Assembly (NCBI RefSeq): GCF_006345805.1
Contig: NC_043022.1
Location: 16,864,001 to 16,928,000, forward strand
Length of the DNA stretch: 64,000 nt
Origin: Octopus sinensis
Lineage: Eukaryota
Reading direction: 5' to 3'
Shown piece after piece: positions 49,700 through 62,909 of the stretch (positions are counted from its first letter, which is position 1; every line of letters starts with the position of its first letter). Under the pieces are notes generated by a model. The model was not told the DNA's origin. It ran no database searches and was given only the letters and a program-made list of their open reading frames with translations. The position numbers and the translations under genes are program-made.

Positions 49700-50760
49700 T
49701 ATTCAGAGAGGGAGAGAGAGAGAGAGCAGTTTGAGAGTATAGTGGTACATTAGCATTACACCTGTTCAGAAGTATGTTGACATTACAGTTGTGGAGAGAG
49801 GTAAGTGGACAGAACAGATATGATTCTAAAGTACCCAGCTAAGAAGACAGTCCACCTGTGCAGGTATACGTTAACGACACAGATGTCCACAGTTGAACTT
49901 GACCAGCACACCTGGAGATTGTTTTACAGCAAAACCGATAATAATTTAGCATTCGGAGTGAAATGGAAGTAGTGATGGAAGGGTGGTGAGGGGTGGCAGT
50001 AGCAAGGGAGGGGTGGTGTCCCCAGGGACAGAGATCTAGATTTAGCTGGATTTATTCACTGTCACGTATTAATTAAACTCAAACACTCTCAGCTGAATCT
50101 GGGTCTTTATAAACGGGCAAAGACTGCAACTTTCCCGTCCAGCAGGGGACAGGTCTTGGTGGCTGTTGCTGTTGTTGCTGTTTAGCCTCAGGTCATGTAA
50201 TCAAAGACATTCCAACCATAACCATCTCATCTTTCTTTTTTTTTAGTGCATCAATAACTATATCATACAATGTATCTTTTTTTCTTTTCTTTAGACAACA
50301 GGGTGGGATTTGAGGGGGATTAGGCAAGTATTTCGAGCAGATGGAGTAGCTATCAAGGGGTAGTTTCAGTTTTAGGGGCCCAGGGTGGGAACAATGATGA
50401 ATACTGTAAATCTGTCAGAGAAAGCTGAGTGAAGGGCAATTAAATGCGTTCTTTTGGATCACAGATGTAAGACTTTCAGATTGAGCAAGATGGCGGAGGG
50501 GGGGGAACTATGTCAGTCAAATAAATTAAGTGGTCTGCCATCTTTTCTGACGTGTGTGTGTGTGCATGCACACGTGTGTGTGTGTGTGTGTGTTTGTAGA
50601 CAAGGTATTTGAGTGTGTATGTCTGCTTGTGCATATGTATGTAAAATTTAGAAAGTTCTTGTGTGTGTGTGTATGTGTAGTAAGTAGGAACGTCTGAACA
50701 CATGCATATATGTGTGTGTGGGTGTGGTTGATATATATATAATGTGTGGTGTGTGTGTAT

Positions 50761-50792
<32 letters not shown>

Positions 50793-50930
50793 GGTGTGTG
50801 TGTGTGTGTGTGTGTGTGAGTGTGTGTGTGCGGAGTGATGTATGTAGATGTCTGCGACCATGAGTCTACACGGCTGTCAGTGCTTCCTTATCTATCTGTC
50901 TATCTTTCTGTGTCAATCTATCGTACCTTC

Positions 50931-50966
<36 letters not shown>

Positions 50967-51957
50967 GAAGAGACCATTTGAATAAGTACCAGTCTTAAAC
51001 AAATTAAGTTATATCCTGGGGTTGATTTGTTCAATTAAAATACTTCAAGGGTCTGCCCCAGCATGACCACAGTCAAATGAGACTGAAACAAGTAAAAAAT
51101 AAAATATATATAAAAGATATGTATCAGTTATTTTATAAAATTGAGGATGTGAAATTTCTGTGCACTGAAACAGGATGCTGATGTCCTTTGTGTGGGTCAT
51201 TCTGCCAACAAGATTACACACACTGATTGTAGTTCACTTGTTATTAATTAAATAATTTTTAATTAATCACTTGATTGGTTAGTCAAACCACACAGCTTTG
51301 ACCTTTTCAATGACATCTCCACAAATCTCATTCCTTTTTTTTACGCCTGTTATGCATGCTTAAGCGTGTGCCTATCGTTGTATTCCTATGCGTGTGTTTT
51401 ACTTTTCGTTACGCACAAGTATAAATGGTGGGGATGCGGAAGAAGTGGTATTTGTTCCAGTTCTTCATGATCTGAGTTCAAATCTTGCCAGGGTCAACTT
51501 CACCTTTCATTCCTTCATGTATATGATCTTGTATGTGTATGTATGCTTATGTGTATAAGTACGTGGTTGCACACATCTATTAACGTAGGCGTATGTATAT
51601 ATATACATGAGCATTGTGAGTATGTTTGTGTGTATGTGTATATGTGTGTATATTTATGTATGGATGTGTATATATGTAGATGGGCATGTGTTTGTGTATG
51701 TATGCATATATATGCATATATATATATGTGTGTGTGTGTGTATTATATGTGTATATATATGTATGTATACATATATGTGAATGTGTGTGTGCATGTGTGC
51801 ATATGCATATTTATATACATCACATTTTCTGTGGTTTCTTATATCTGTTAAAATGTCTATTTGATGAGCACTTGAGTGCTTGTCTCCTTTTTAAACTTTT
51901 CCTATGTGTCTGTGTGTGCATGTGTGTGTTTACATGTATGTATGTGTGCGTGTGTGT

Positions 51958-51993
<36 letters not shown>

Positions 51994-53399
51994 ATGTATG
52001 TATAAAATGATGAGGTAGTCTCTGAATAAACACACAATATTCTACAGACCCAAATAAACATGAAAACATTTGTGACAAACAACTTATTTACAACTAAATC
52101 TGTACTGTTTGAGATAAAACTGTGCTGCGGAGGTCTTCAAACCCTAATAATTCCTTCACAAAGGGCCTTTTGTCACTGTTGTCATCCTCATGTGTAACTA
52201 ACAGAACCACAACGGACAGTTAAAGTACCCACGACTCTACTTTCTGCAAATGACCGACTTACAAAGTCTCATTAACCTTTCTCACAGAACAAACTGAGAA
52301 CACAACCGTTATTATAAATAAGAGAACGTTTTAAAGGAATCCACCCTGAAGACATCTCTGCACTAAATCTTCATAGAAGGCTGGCAATTTTGTACAACCA
52401 GAAGCTGGGTTTGGATCTACAAGCACAAGATGTATCAGTGCAACTAAGTTATTTATTGTCAGTAAACAAGGAATATCCACAGAACAGGAAACGGTCAGAG
52501 CAACAATGAAATATCCCAGTTTATATTTATGACACATAACTTCAAGCATTTTCACCAATACAACAGCACCCGAAAGGACAAGCCTGTGTGTGTGGAAAAT
52601 AGTGATTTTACAACAAAAATTGCAGTCTTCCATGCATACAGGGTTGTCCTTTCAGGTGGTGGTGCCAATTAAAAAGCACCCATGCTGGTGTTGTGTAAAG
52701 GCACCTGTGCCAGTGGCACATAAAAGGCAGCCAGCACACACTGTTAAATGGTTGGTGTTAGGAAGGGAATCCAGCCATAGAAACCATGCCACAGCAGACA
52801 GCTGGAATACGGACAATTCCCAGCTGGTCAGCTCCATGTCAAACTGTCCAACCCATGCCAGCATAGAAAGAGGACACTAAACGATGATGATGGTGATGGA
52901 TGATGACGTGTGTGTTTGTAGGAAGAAACTTAGGAAAGATACAAACACTTCCAAATATAGAAAGACAGACAGACAGAAAGATCACACAAACATGTACAAT
53001 CAGACACATTGAAATGTCCAAAGCCAAACTCATATACACACACATAAATACATACATGCATACATACATACATACATACACCTAAATTGTGTTTTTCTCA
53101 ACGTCAATATGATGAATTCCCTCTCCCCCACTCAAGGAACAAACACTGTGACTTCATCAGAAACAATGTGGTGTATTTTAATGAGACCAGAGTGAGATCA
53201 GGGTGAGATCAGGGTGTGGTTCCCTGATGGCAGTTATTTCAATGTCTGATGTGTCTGGTGCTATTGAAGATATAAACAGAGCAGCTTTGAAACAATCCAA
53301 AAAACAAAGAGGGGGTTGCAAAGGTTTAATTAATGTACAAAGTTAATCATGTAGAGGTTAATTAACCCTTTTATTACCATATTTCTGTTGACATTCTGA

Positions 53400-54022
53400 T
53401 TGATTGTGTTGACCCCAGTACTTGACTGGTATGTATTTTATAGACCTCGAAAGGGTGGAAGGCAAAGTCAACCCCGGCAGAATTTGAACCAAGCTGGAAA
53501 AAAGGCTATTACGAATTCTGTCCCGTGTGCTAACAATTTTGCCAGCTTGTTGCCTTGCCAGACATTTTAAGAATAATAATAGTTTCAAATTTTAGCACAA
53601 GGCCAGCAATTAAAAGGGAGAGTTCTAGTGAATTCCATTGACCCAAGTGTTCAACTGGTCCTTTATTTATCAAGCCCAAAAGGATGATAGGTAAAGTTGA
53701 CCTCAGCAGTATTTGAACTTGGAACGTAAATTAATTGGAAGAAATTTCATAAAGCATTCTGTCCAACACACTCATGATTCTGTCAACTTGCCACATTAAT
53801 AATAATAATAACGGTTTCAGATTTTGGCACAAAGCCTGCAATTTTAGGGGTAGGTTTAATCAACTACATTCATCCCAGTGCTCAACTTGTACTCATTGAA
53901 CCAAAAAAAAGCAGAAAGACCAAGTCAGCCTTGACAGAATTTGAACTCAGAATGTAAAAATAAATGAAATGCCTCTAAGCTTTTTGCCCAGCATGCTAAC
54001 AGTTCTGCCAGTTCACTGCCTT
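53400..54022 (-). mobile_element. Three head-to-tail SINE B copies separated by (AAT)n
   Basis: Three atttgaac/ctgccag units at ~53400-53555, ~53585-53795 and ~53810-54022. Confidence 0.72.
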
Positions 54023-55244
54023 AATAACAATAATCATCATCATCATCGTTTAACGTCCGCTTTCCATGCTAGCATGGGTTGGACGATTTTGACTGAGGGC
54101 TGGCGAGCCAGATGACTGCACAAGGCTCCAATCTTGATCTGGCAGAGTTTCTACAGCTGGATGCCCTTCCTAATGCCAACCACTCCGAGAGTGTAGTGGG
54201 TGCTTTTTACATTCCACTGGCATGGGGGCCAGTCAGGCGGCACTGGCAATGACCTCGCTCGAATCCTTTTATACATGCCACCAACACAGGTGCCAGTGAA
54301 GCGACATTGGTAGCGATCACGCTCGAATGGTACCCTTGTACGTGCCACGGGTACAGAAGCCAGTTGGCTGCTCTGGCAACGATTACGCTTGGATGGTGCT
54401 CTTGGCACCCTACTAGCACAGGCACAAGTGCCAGTAAGGCAACACTGGTAATAATAATAATAATAATAACAATAATAATAAATAGAAATAATAGATTTCT
54501 AAATCTCTCAGAGAGATTTATACAGTAGTGACACGATAAAGTGGTGGCATGTCATCAACTTAATGTGATAGTCCCATGAAAGGGAAGAATGCTACTGCTA
54601 TTTAACGCTAGGAAACAATGTTTCTTGTCGGCCTTGACACAATACCTGTGTCCTTATGTTTACAAAGGGGGAGATAAGCACCTCCACCCAGTAAAGACAG
54701 CTGGCTTTGCTGAGTGGAGGTAGTATTCTTCCTTTTCATGGGACTGTCACATTAAGTTGACAACACACCACCACTTTAATAATAATAATAATAATAATAA
54801 TGTTTCCAATTTCAGCAGAAGGCAAGCTACTTTGAGCGGATGGGCTCAATCAGTGCTTCCAACTTCCGTACTTTATTTTATCAACCTTGAAAGACAAAAG
54901 TTGACTTTGGAAGGATTTGAACTCAGATCAGTAGGAGTCAAAATGAATGCTGCAAAATATTTTATGCAATGCACCAGAAAGAACACGAAAAGCCCCAACG
55001 TTCCGTGAGGAAAATAATGATGGTTTGTAAATAATTGACAGAGCAATGAAGAATAAATTTGGTGGAAGACAGAAGTGGTGGTGGGGAGGAGGGGAAAGTT
55101 ACATCGATTGAGTAATTGTCAAACATGATGGGTAATTAAGGATGGTGTTAATTATTGTTTTTGTAATTAGTGGAACTGGACTTATTCATAACCATTTCTG
55201 CAAAGATAAATTATATATGTGCATGTGTGTGTGTGGCTAAATAG

Positions 55245-55685
55245 GTAGCTAGATAAATAGGTAGGTATGTAGGAAAAAATAAAGACAGGAAGACATAAAT
55301 GGACAGACAGACAGACAGGCAAGCAGGCATACAGACAGACACAAAGCTGAATGGAATTGATGGTTAGAGAGACAGAGAGATAGAAAGGTGGGCAGACAGA
55401 GAGACAAACATACAGACAGATAGGCAGATGAACAGACAGACGGCTGGCCAGATGGATGGATAGATAGACAAATGGATGGACGGACGGATAGATAGATAGA
55501 TAGGCAGTTGGCCAGACAGATGGACAGATAGACAGACAGACGAATGCATACAGAGATAGACAGATGAACTGTCGGACAGAAGGAGAGACAGACAGACAGA
55601 GAGATGGATGGATGAATGGTTTGAGAGATAGGCAGATAGATAAATAGACAGATGGACAGAGATAGATGAAGAGACAGACAAAAGA
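55245..55685. repeat. Degenerate (GACA/GATA/GATG)n tetranucleotide array
   Basis: Continuous AGAC/AGAT/GGAT units. A similar tract lies at 63475-63562. Confidence 0.9.
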
Positions 55686-56515
55686 AAGAAGTTTATGAGA
55701 AAAAGCCAAGACCAACAAATATATAAAATATTAAGTCAGACAAGTAAAATGTGGTGGAAAAAAAGCATAGAAAGATATGAAATGTAAGAATAACGATCAA
55801 AGAATATGTACAATGAAAATAAGTGAAAGGAATAAGAGAGATCTAATATGTCAGGCTATATGCTTTATCAAAGAGAAAGAAATATGGTAATACCATTCGC
55901 ATGTGGTATTTCCGTTACCATAGAACCAAACTATTTCCTTATGATGTTCTTAGGATTCTGATAAGCAGCACCAATTTCTCTTTCAAAATTAGAGAAAATG
56001 CTGAATCTCAATATCATTTACATCCTGATCTGATCTCACCACCCTAACACCACCAACAATGTTGTTGTTTAACTCCAGGACATCTTGGATTGAACAGACA
56101 AGTGATCAATCTCACACCTGTCACAAACATCAGGTCTTGTATCAAAACATAAGTATACCCTGGACAGCATAATCTTTCGTTAATTGATTCAAGACAGATG
56201 TCTGGCTGATATTTTTACCAAATCAAGTAACCAGGTAGAGGCTCTCTTCTGAACCAAAAGATCATCCTCATTTGATGTCCCATACTTACATGGGTCTGTC
56301 TGTCTGTCTATTTGTCTAGCTTTTCCTGTCACCGACCCTAACCTGTTTTCAAGTAAGGTAAGATTCACCATGTCCAGACAAGCTTTACACAGAAGAATGG
56401 AAACAGACAGCACCACTTTATGTCAGTGATGCTCACTTACAACTATTATGTGACATCAAGATAAAGATATAATACACTACACACACACAAACGTGTGTGT
56501 ATGTATATATATACA

Positions 56516-57374
56516 CAGGATGTGATGGGTAAATTGTTGCCATTTTATATTTTTAATTTCACACATGCACATTGTTTGTTTTTGATTTTGACAACTACAC
56601 AGTATAGCAGGGTCAGCTGGGCACCGTCTTTGAGAAAAACAGCACTATGACATAATTCCCTCTGCTAGAAATTTGGAAACATGCTGTATTGCTTGGCATT
56701 CACACCGGAAGCTCGAATATGAAAATTTCAGAGTACTTGGGTGCCAATCTAAGATACCAAGAGTGATAAAAATCAAACATCCAGTCAACGTCATGGTGTT
56801 TGGAGTGATCAACAGTGATGGCAATGTTATGCCTCCATTCATCTTCCCACATGGCCTCAGACTCAACACGGAGGCCTACATCAAGTACCTAGAGGAGGTA
56901 ATGCTCTCCTTGATCAAGAGGGTGGCTGCTGGAAGACCCTATGTCTGGCAACAGGACTCTGCACCATGCCACACAAGCAGGGGAACCCAGTCATGGCTGT
57001 CAGACAATTTCTGCGACCACATCACCCCTAACATCTGACCATCTAATTCCCCCAGACTGCAAACCCCTTCATTATTATATATAGGGTGCAAAAGACCAAC
57101 AAAACTCCTTGTGACACCAAAGATGAACAGGAGGCAAGAATTATGGCAGCATTCACCAACTTAAACAAGGAAACTGTCCAGAAGAGTTGCAGGAGATTCC
57201 AAAGTCGTCTGGAGGCTGTGGTTGAGGCCAAAGATGATTTTATTGAATATATTTACTCTCTTGCATTTCAAGATGTTTGTATGGAATTTTGGTAAATATA
57301 TCTGTTAAAATGAGATGTCAATGTTTTTTTTCATTTTTGGGTAATTTAGACAACAGTTTAGTCACTGCACCCTC
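56516..57374 (+). mobile_element. Internally deleted DD37D (maT-like) element, second copy
   Basis: KHPVNVMVFGVINSDGNVMPPFIF...YVWQQDSAPCHTS...NI*PSNSPDC. Ends and body are homologous to 45086-45947 in inverted orientation. Confidence 0.85.
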
Positions 57375-57982
57375 TGTGTGTGTGTGTGTGTGTGCGCATA
57401 TAACAGGTTTTCACATAATTTCTGTCTACTAAATCCACTCACAGGGCTTGGGTTGGCCTGGGGTTATATTAGAATACACTTTGAACTGAAGACAACAGAA
57501 AAACGAAAACAATAAAATAACAAGAGTTGTCACATGACCATGTCATATGTGATGCATTGATGAGATGTGAAACCAGTTACTTTTAATTACTGAAAGACTC
57601 GTTATCACATTAATCAAGACTAGTTGCTATAATTTCCTTTAAATCACATCCTAAAGTCTTAAACAAGTAAAAAGATAAAAGATAAAGGATTCTATCCATC
57701 TCTTTAACTGAACTGCTAAGTTATAGGGCAGCAAAGAAACCAAATCTGATAGTCGAGAAATAGTCGAAGACAACCACATACACAAAGACACACAGACATG
57801 ATGAATATATATAACTCATTAGTAACTCAACGAACACTGTGAAATTCCTGATATAGATTTGGTGACAATTATATCATAACCATAGATGACATCAAATAGC
57901 CTAAACGATGTAAGTGCTTTAATAGGCATACAACAAGACATATACCCAAAGTCCAAATAATTACTTTATATATATATATATA

Positions 57983-58258
57983 TGATTGTTAAAGAGGACA
58001 TCAAACGTTAAGGCAAGGCTCAAGTCATATGCATTATTATTAATTTTTCCCAATAATAATAATAATGTATAGGACTTGAGATGTTTGCCTTGTCTTAATG
58101 TTTGTTCTCCTCTTTAACAATTATATATCCGTTAAATCAAAAATCTGCAATGGCTCCATAACTACCATCTCTGCTATAACCTTGGAGCCCTAGTACAGCA
58201 TTTACCTAGCGTACCTAATCGTTTAGACCACCTGTGAATTAAACCTCCATACTTTGTA

Positions 58259-58308
<50 letters not shown>

Positions 58309-58583
58309 TGTTAAAGAGGACATCAAACGCTAAGGCGAGGCTCAAGTCATATGCATTATTATTAATTTTTCCCAATAATAATAATAATAATGTATAGGAC
58401 TTGAGATGTTTGCCTTGTCTTAAAGTTTGTTCTCCTCTTTAACAATTCTATATCCGTTAAATCAAAAATCTGCAATGGCTCCATAACTACCATCTCTGCT
58501 ATAATCTTGGAGCCCTAGTACAGCATTTACCTAGCGTACCTAATCGTTTAGACCACCTGTGAATTAAACCTCCATACTTTGTA

Positions 58584-58585
<2 letters not shown>
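57983..58585. repeat. Tandem duplication of a ~320-bp hairpin-headed element
   Basis: Two near-identical units, tgattgttaaagaggacatcaaac...aacctccatactttgta, separated by (TG)n(TA)n. A relative lies at 63562-63890. Confidence 0.92.
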
Positions 58586-58625
<40 letters not shown>

Positions 58626-59044
58626 ATATATATAACCAAAACCCAAAAAATTTTATGGGTAATACCATAAAAAAATTCTGGTGCATCTAAGTACCATATT
58701 CATTTGAATCTAAATTGTTTTGCTGAAATTATATATATATATATACATACATACATCCCATCTACCAATCCATTCACATGTCAGTTTGAGGCTATAGTAG
58801 AAGACATATGTATGTATGTATCTAAATATGTGTGTCTTTGTGGCTGTGCTTGGCAACCGGTGTTGGTGTGTTTACATCCCATAATGTATTGGTTCAGCCA
58901 AAGAGACTGAGGATTAGAATAAAATAAGTGGTGTTGATTAGTAAGTTTTTCAAGGCAGTGCCCCAGCATGGCCACAGCCTAAAGACAGAAACAAGCAAGC
59001 AAATGATAAACAAGATATAATATATATATATATATATATATTTA

Positions 59045-59245
59045 TATGTATCGTCATGTTGGACTACTGAAATTGACAAGTTTTTTTCATTTTCTCTCTG
59101 TTTATTTTCTCTTATTCCTTTCTGCTGAAGAGCATAGGCTCGAAATGTAAAAGAATTTTCCATTTTCCCAAGCATCAAACTAATACACCTGCTTGTTGTT
59201 CATATACCTGTCTTTTTCTTTTGTTTTTCTATAAATTTCAACTAT
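59045..59245 (+). mobile_element. Penelope-like terminal repeat fragment with degenerate hammerhead
   Basis: CTTT-CTGCTGA-A-GAGC atag GCTC-GAAA-TG-TA-AAAG; homologous to 33110-33330. Confidence 0.55.
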
Positions 59246-59744
59246 ATATATATACATATATATACACACACACACGACCTGGTCATCAAGGTAGGCCGAG
59301 AATGTAGGGGGTGGAAAAAAACTAGATGTAGAATAATTGAGAGGAAAGAAGATAATGACAATGAGAAAGTAAAAGAAAGACTAAGCAGAAAGAAGAGAGA
59401 GAGAGAGAGAGGAGACAAGAGAGAAAGGAGATGGAAAAGAAAGAAAGCGAGAAAGAAGAAGACAATTGAAAAAGAAGCAGAGAGATAAAGACTATAAGAG
59501 ACATGATTTGATAGAAAAGTTATAGAGAGAAAAAAAAATAGATAGATGGTTGTGGAGGGGGGGAGAGCTGGGGAGAGAGAGAGAGAGAGAATGAGGGAAA
59601 AGAAAAGAAGGAAATTGCGAAAGAAAACAAGGAAGAAAAATAAGGAAAACCAAAGAAAAGAATTGTTTTGGAGAATTGCAAAAACACAAAATAAAAACAC
59701 AAGAAAAAAAACAAGAAGAAAATGAGTTTGAAAGTCAGACTTAC

Positions 59745-59935
59745 CATTTCCATTCCTTGCCATCTTTCTTGAAGACGGTAATGGCAGTTTCAAAGGACAG
59801 ACCAACGAGGGTAACAGCCAGGTACCAAAACCTGAGGTCTTTGGTTACGTCATAGAGTCTCCAGAGAGAGATGAGGCCGTGACACGCGAACAGCATGCGT
59901 ACGACGATGGCACGCACTATAGTCAAGCATCCCAT
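59745..59935 (-). CDS. TMEM26: TMEM26 homolog, coding exon 1 (MGCLTIVRAIVVRMLFACHGLISLWRLYDVTKDLRFWYLAVTLVGLSFETAITVFKKDGKEWK-W)
   Basis: ATG at 59935; 191 nt ending TG|GTAAGT (phase 2 donor at 59744). Hydrophobic N-terminus matches the recalled TMEM26 pattern (R.LF..H....WR......YW.L.......E......K....KW). Confidence 0.9.
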
Positions 59936-60169
59936 ACTGGCTGCTAATGGCTGTGTGATGTGGTGGGGGCAGGGGGGTGGGAGTGGTGGTGGTGGTGAAG
60001 ATGAAGATGGTTGTGGTGGTGGTGGAAGTGGCGGTGTGGTAAGGTGTCGGTGGTGATGTTTACAGTTGTAATGGTCGCAATAGTGGTTGTGGAGAAGGTG
60101 GTAGTTGTGTTTGTAGTGGCTGTGGTGGTGGTGGTGGGTGCTGTAGTTGTTGGGGGAGGGTGATATTAG

Positions 60170-60188
60170 ACAAAGTAAAAGAGATGAT

Positions 60189-60226
<38 letters not shown>

Positions 60227-61094
60227 GTAGATGAAGAGAGAGAAGGTGGGGGAGGTAGGAAGAGACTTGTTTTGGGGTGGATGGAGAAAATGCTGGGTGT
60301 AGGGAGAGGGAGGGAGATGCCGTGAATGAAGAAATAGGCGGTGGAGAGATGAGGGAGAGAGAGAGTGAGAGACAGCTGAGATGAAGATGGAATGGGGGAG
60401 GGAGGGAGAGAGAGAGAAAAGGAAGGAAATAAAGAGAGAGTAGCAGGAGAAAAAGGGGGGAGTGAGGTGATATGAAGAGAAAAAAGAAACAAACCAGGAG
60501 TGGGTAGGAGGTGGGAGTAGAAGCAAGGAAGGGAGCAGAGGTGTATGTGGAGGTGAGAGGTAAGGAGAAAAGGTGAAAGGTCAAGTGATGAAGAAGAGGA
60601 GAGAGAGGGGGGGAAATGAAGTAGAAAGTATAGAGGGGGATGAGGATAAGGATGAGGAAAAGAGAGAGAAAGAGAGAAGAGGAAGTGAGGGGGAGAGAAG
60701 TGTGGAGAGACTGCAGTGGGAAATGAAGAGAAAGAAACGAGAGGAGATTGAGAAAAAGGGGAAAGAAAGAGGGTCAGTGTGTGTGTGTGTGTTTTAGAGA
60801 AAGATGAGGAAACAGAAGCTAATAAGTGATGGGAGAGAGAGAGAGAGAGGAGAGAGGGGTGAGATAATCCAGTAAGAGAAATTTGAAGTCCCAGTCAACT
60901 TGAACTGTTACAACACATCAATATATATACATATATATATATATATACATGTGTGTGGTGGTGGGGAGAGAGAGAGAGAAAGAGAAGCTATGAGTGTGTG
61001 TGTGTGTTAGTGGTGTGAAGTGATGGAGGGGGAGAATGGCAGAAAAGGTTTGCAGTGGCAGGAGAGATGTTCTGTGGGAAGACAGAGCAGGGAT

Positions 61095-61130
<36 letters not shown>

Positions 61131-61140
61131 GAGAGAGAGA
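60170..61140. repeat. Purine-skewed (GA)n/A+G-rich low-complexity region upstream of TMEM26 exon 1
   Basis: Mostly A/G on the + strand with several (GA)n runs. Confidence 0.85.
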
Positions 61141-62312
61141 GCGAAATGATGAGGAGGACCATGCTTACAAACAGCCCAGCATCAACTCTCCCTCCCTCCC
61201 TCCACACACACACCCCTCTCCTGTCCAGCTCCACACAACTGTTTGCCTGTGTTTTCCTACCTAGGAACTCCTCCTCCTCCGCCACCGACACACCCACCCT
61301 CCTACCCATATAGCTTACTTCTTCCACAATGTCTACCAACAACCATTCTATTTTTTTTTTAATGCAGAACTGCCACCCTCTCCACCCCACCCCCAAACCC
61401 CACCAAAAGCTCTACACGTGTGTGCGTACATGCGAGTGTGTGTATATCCATGTGTGTGTGTGTGAGTGTGTCTCTCTCTCTCTCCTCCATTCCGTTAACT
61501 CTTCCTCATTCTTCAAAGTGTTTCTACGCCTCCCCAACCTTCCCCTCCACCGTTTCCATCTTCCTTTCACTCTCCCTCTCCCCCTCTCTCTCTCTCTCCT
61601 TCTCTCTCTTTAATCTTACTTTTTTCCTGTTCGTTCTTATCTCTTCTTGAGCTGTGGGTGTACACACACATACATCCACACATATATACAGACATCCACA
61701 CACACAGATTATATATATATATACAGGTATAAATAAATATACATACACATATTCAGATATATATATACACTCTCACAGATACATATATATGTACGTATGT
61801 ATCTAACATGGAATATGTAGGAAAATATGAGCATATATGTGTGTGTTTGTAATGTTTGTATTCACATGTATGTGTGTATGCATGTGTGTGTGTATATATG
61901 TATATATCCATGGACAACTCACACACACATGTATGTACATATATACATACATATATATATACATGCACACACACACACATATATATATGTGTATATATAT
62001 GCATGTATATTACTGTTTAACATGTAAAGAAAAAAAATCTATGTTACTAAAAATAGTTGAAACAATTGATAAAATACTTTGTGGTTGCAGTTGAAGGTGG
62101 TGGTCGTGGTCGTGCTGTTGTTTGAGAACTATATATGTGTGCATTTACATATATATATATATGTAGAAACACTGCCAGATCAGACTGGGCCTGGTGCAGC
62201 CTCCTGGCTTCCCAGACCCCAGTTGAACCGTCCAACCCATGCTAGCATGGAAAATGGACGTTAAACGATGATGATATATATATATGTACATATATACATA
62301 TACACATATATA

Positions 62313-62375
<63 letters not shown>

Positions 62376-62388
62376 TTAATTATTTATT

Positions 62389-62559
62389 TATTGAGAAAAA
62401 GGAGGCAGTCAGAATTTTGGATAATTCTTTATTAGCGTTTTCATTCATTTATTGAACTTGTCAGACAAAATCATCTTCATTTTTGTCTTGACAAGTTCAA
62501 TAAATGAAGAAAAGTGTTAAGAAAGAATTATCCAAAATTCTGCCTTCTTTTTCTCAATA
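62389..62559. repeat. ~170-bp foldback made of two inverted hammerhead-like termini
   Basis: tattgagaaaaaggaggcag..cagaattttggataattc...ttgaacttgtcagacaaaa and its reverse complement, with a ~9-nt loop. Confidence 0.85.
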
Positions 62560-62633
62560 TCCAATATTTGTCCACCTTATACACCACTTCAAACACCTTC
62601 ATCTTACCATTTCTTCTCTTATATATACACACA

Positions 62634-62867
62634 CAGAGTGGCCAAAAAGTAGGTTTACAGTTATTGAACTATCTCTTTTGCATTCATATATTTACAGCTT
62701 AGGCCTTGATTATAAAAAAGATATGGAATCCTTATTCTCTGCTAATTTAGTTAATTTTGTCAAGCTCCCTTTTCAGTTTGTAAGATAGAAATTTAAATGT
62801 AATAAAATGTTTTAAAAGAAATTTAAAGTGCCTATGTGATCACTGAAAACCTACTTTTGGGCCACCC

Positions 62868-62869
<2 letters not shown>
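62634..62869. mobile_element. Tc1/mariner-type MITE (236 bp)
   Basis: TIRs CAGAGTGGCCAAAAAGTAGGTTTACAGT / ACTGAAAACCTACTTTTGGGCCACCCTG (25/28 match), followed by TA. Confidence 0.8.

Positions 62870-62909
<40 letters not shown>

Noticed and set aside
59242-59744. Hydrophobic F/L/S-rich ORFs resembling membrane proteins (also 55182-55718 and 32393-32704)
   Set aside because: They result from purine/pyrimidine strand skew and tetranucleotide repeats; the first lies immediately inside intron 1.
59936-60526. In-frame ~197-codon His/Pro/Ser/Leu-rich upstream extension of TMEM26 exon 1
   Set aside because: There is no in-frame ATG, and C/T-rich low-complexity sequence avoids stops by composition. 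The ATG at 59935 matches the expected TMEM26 N-terminus.
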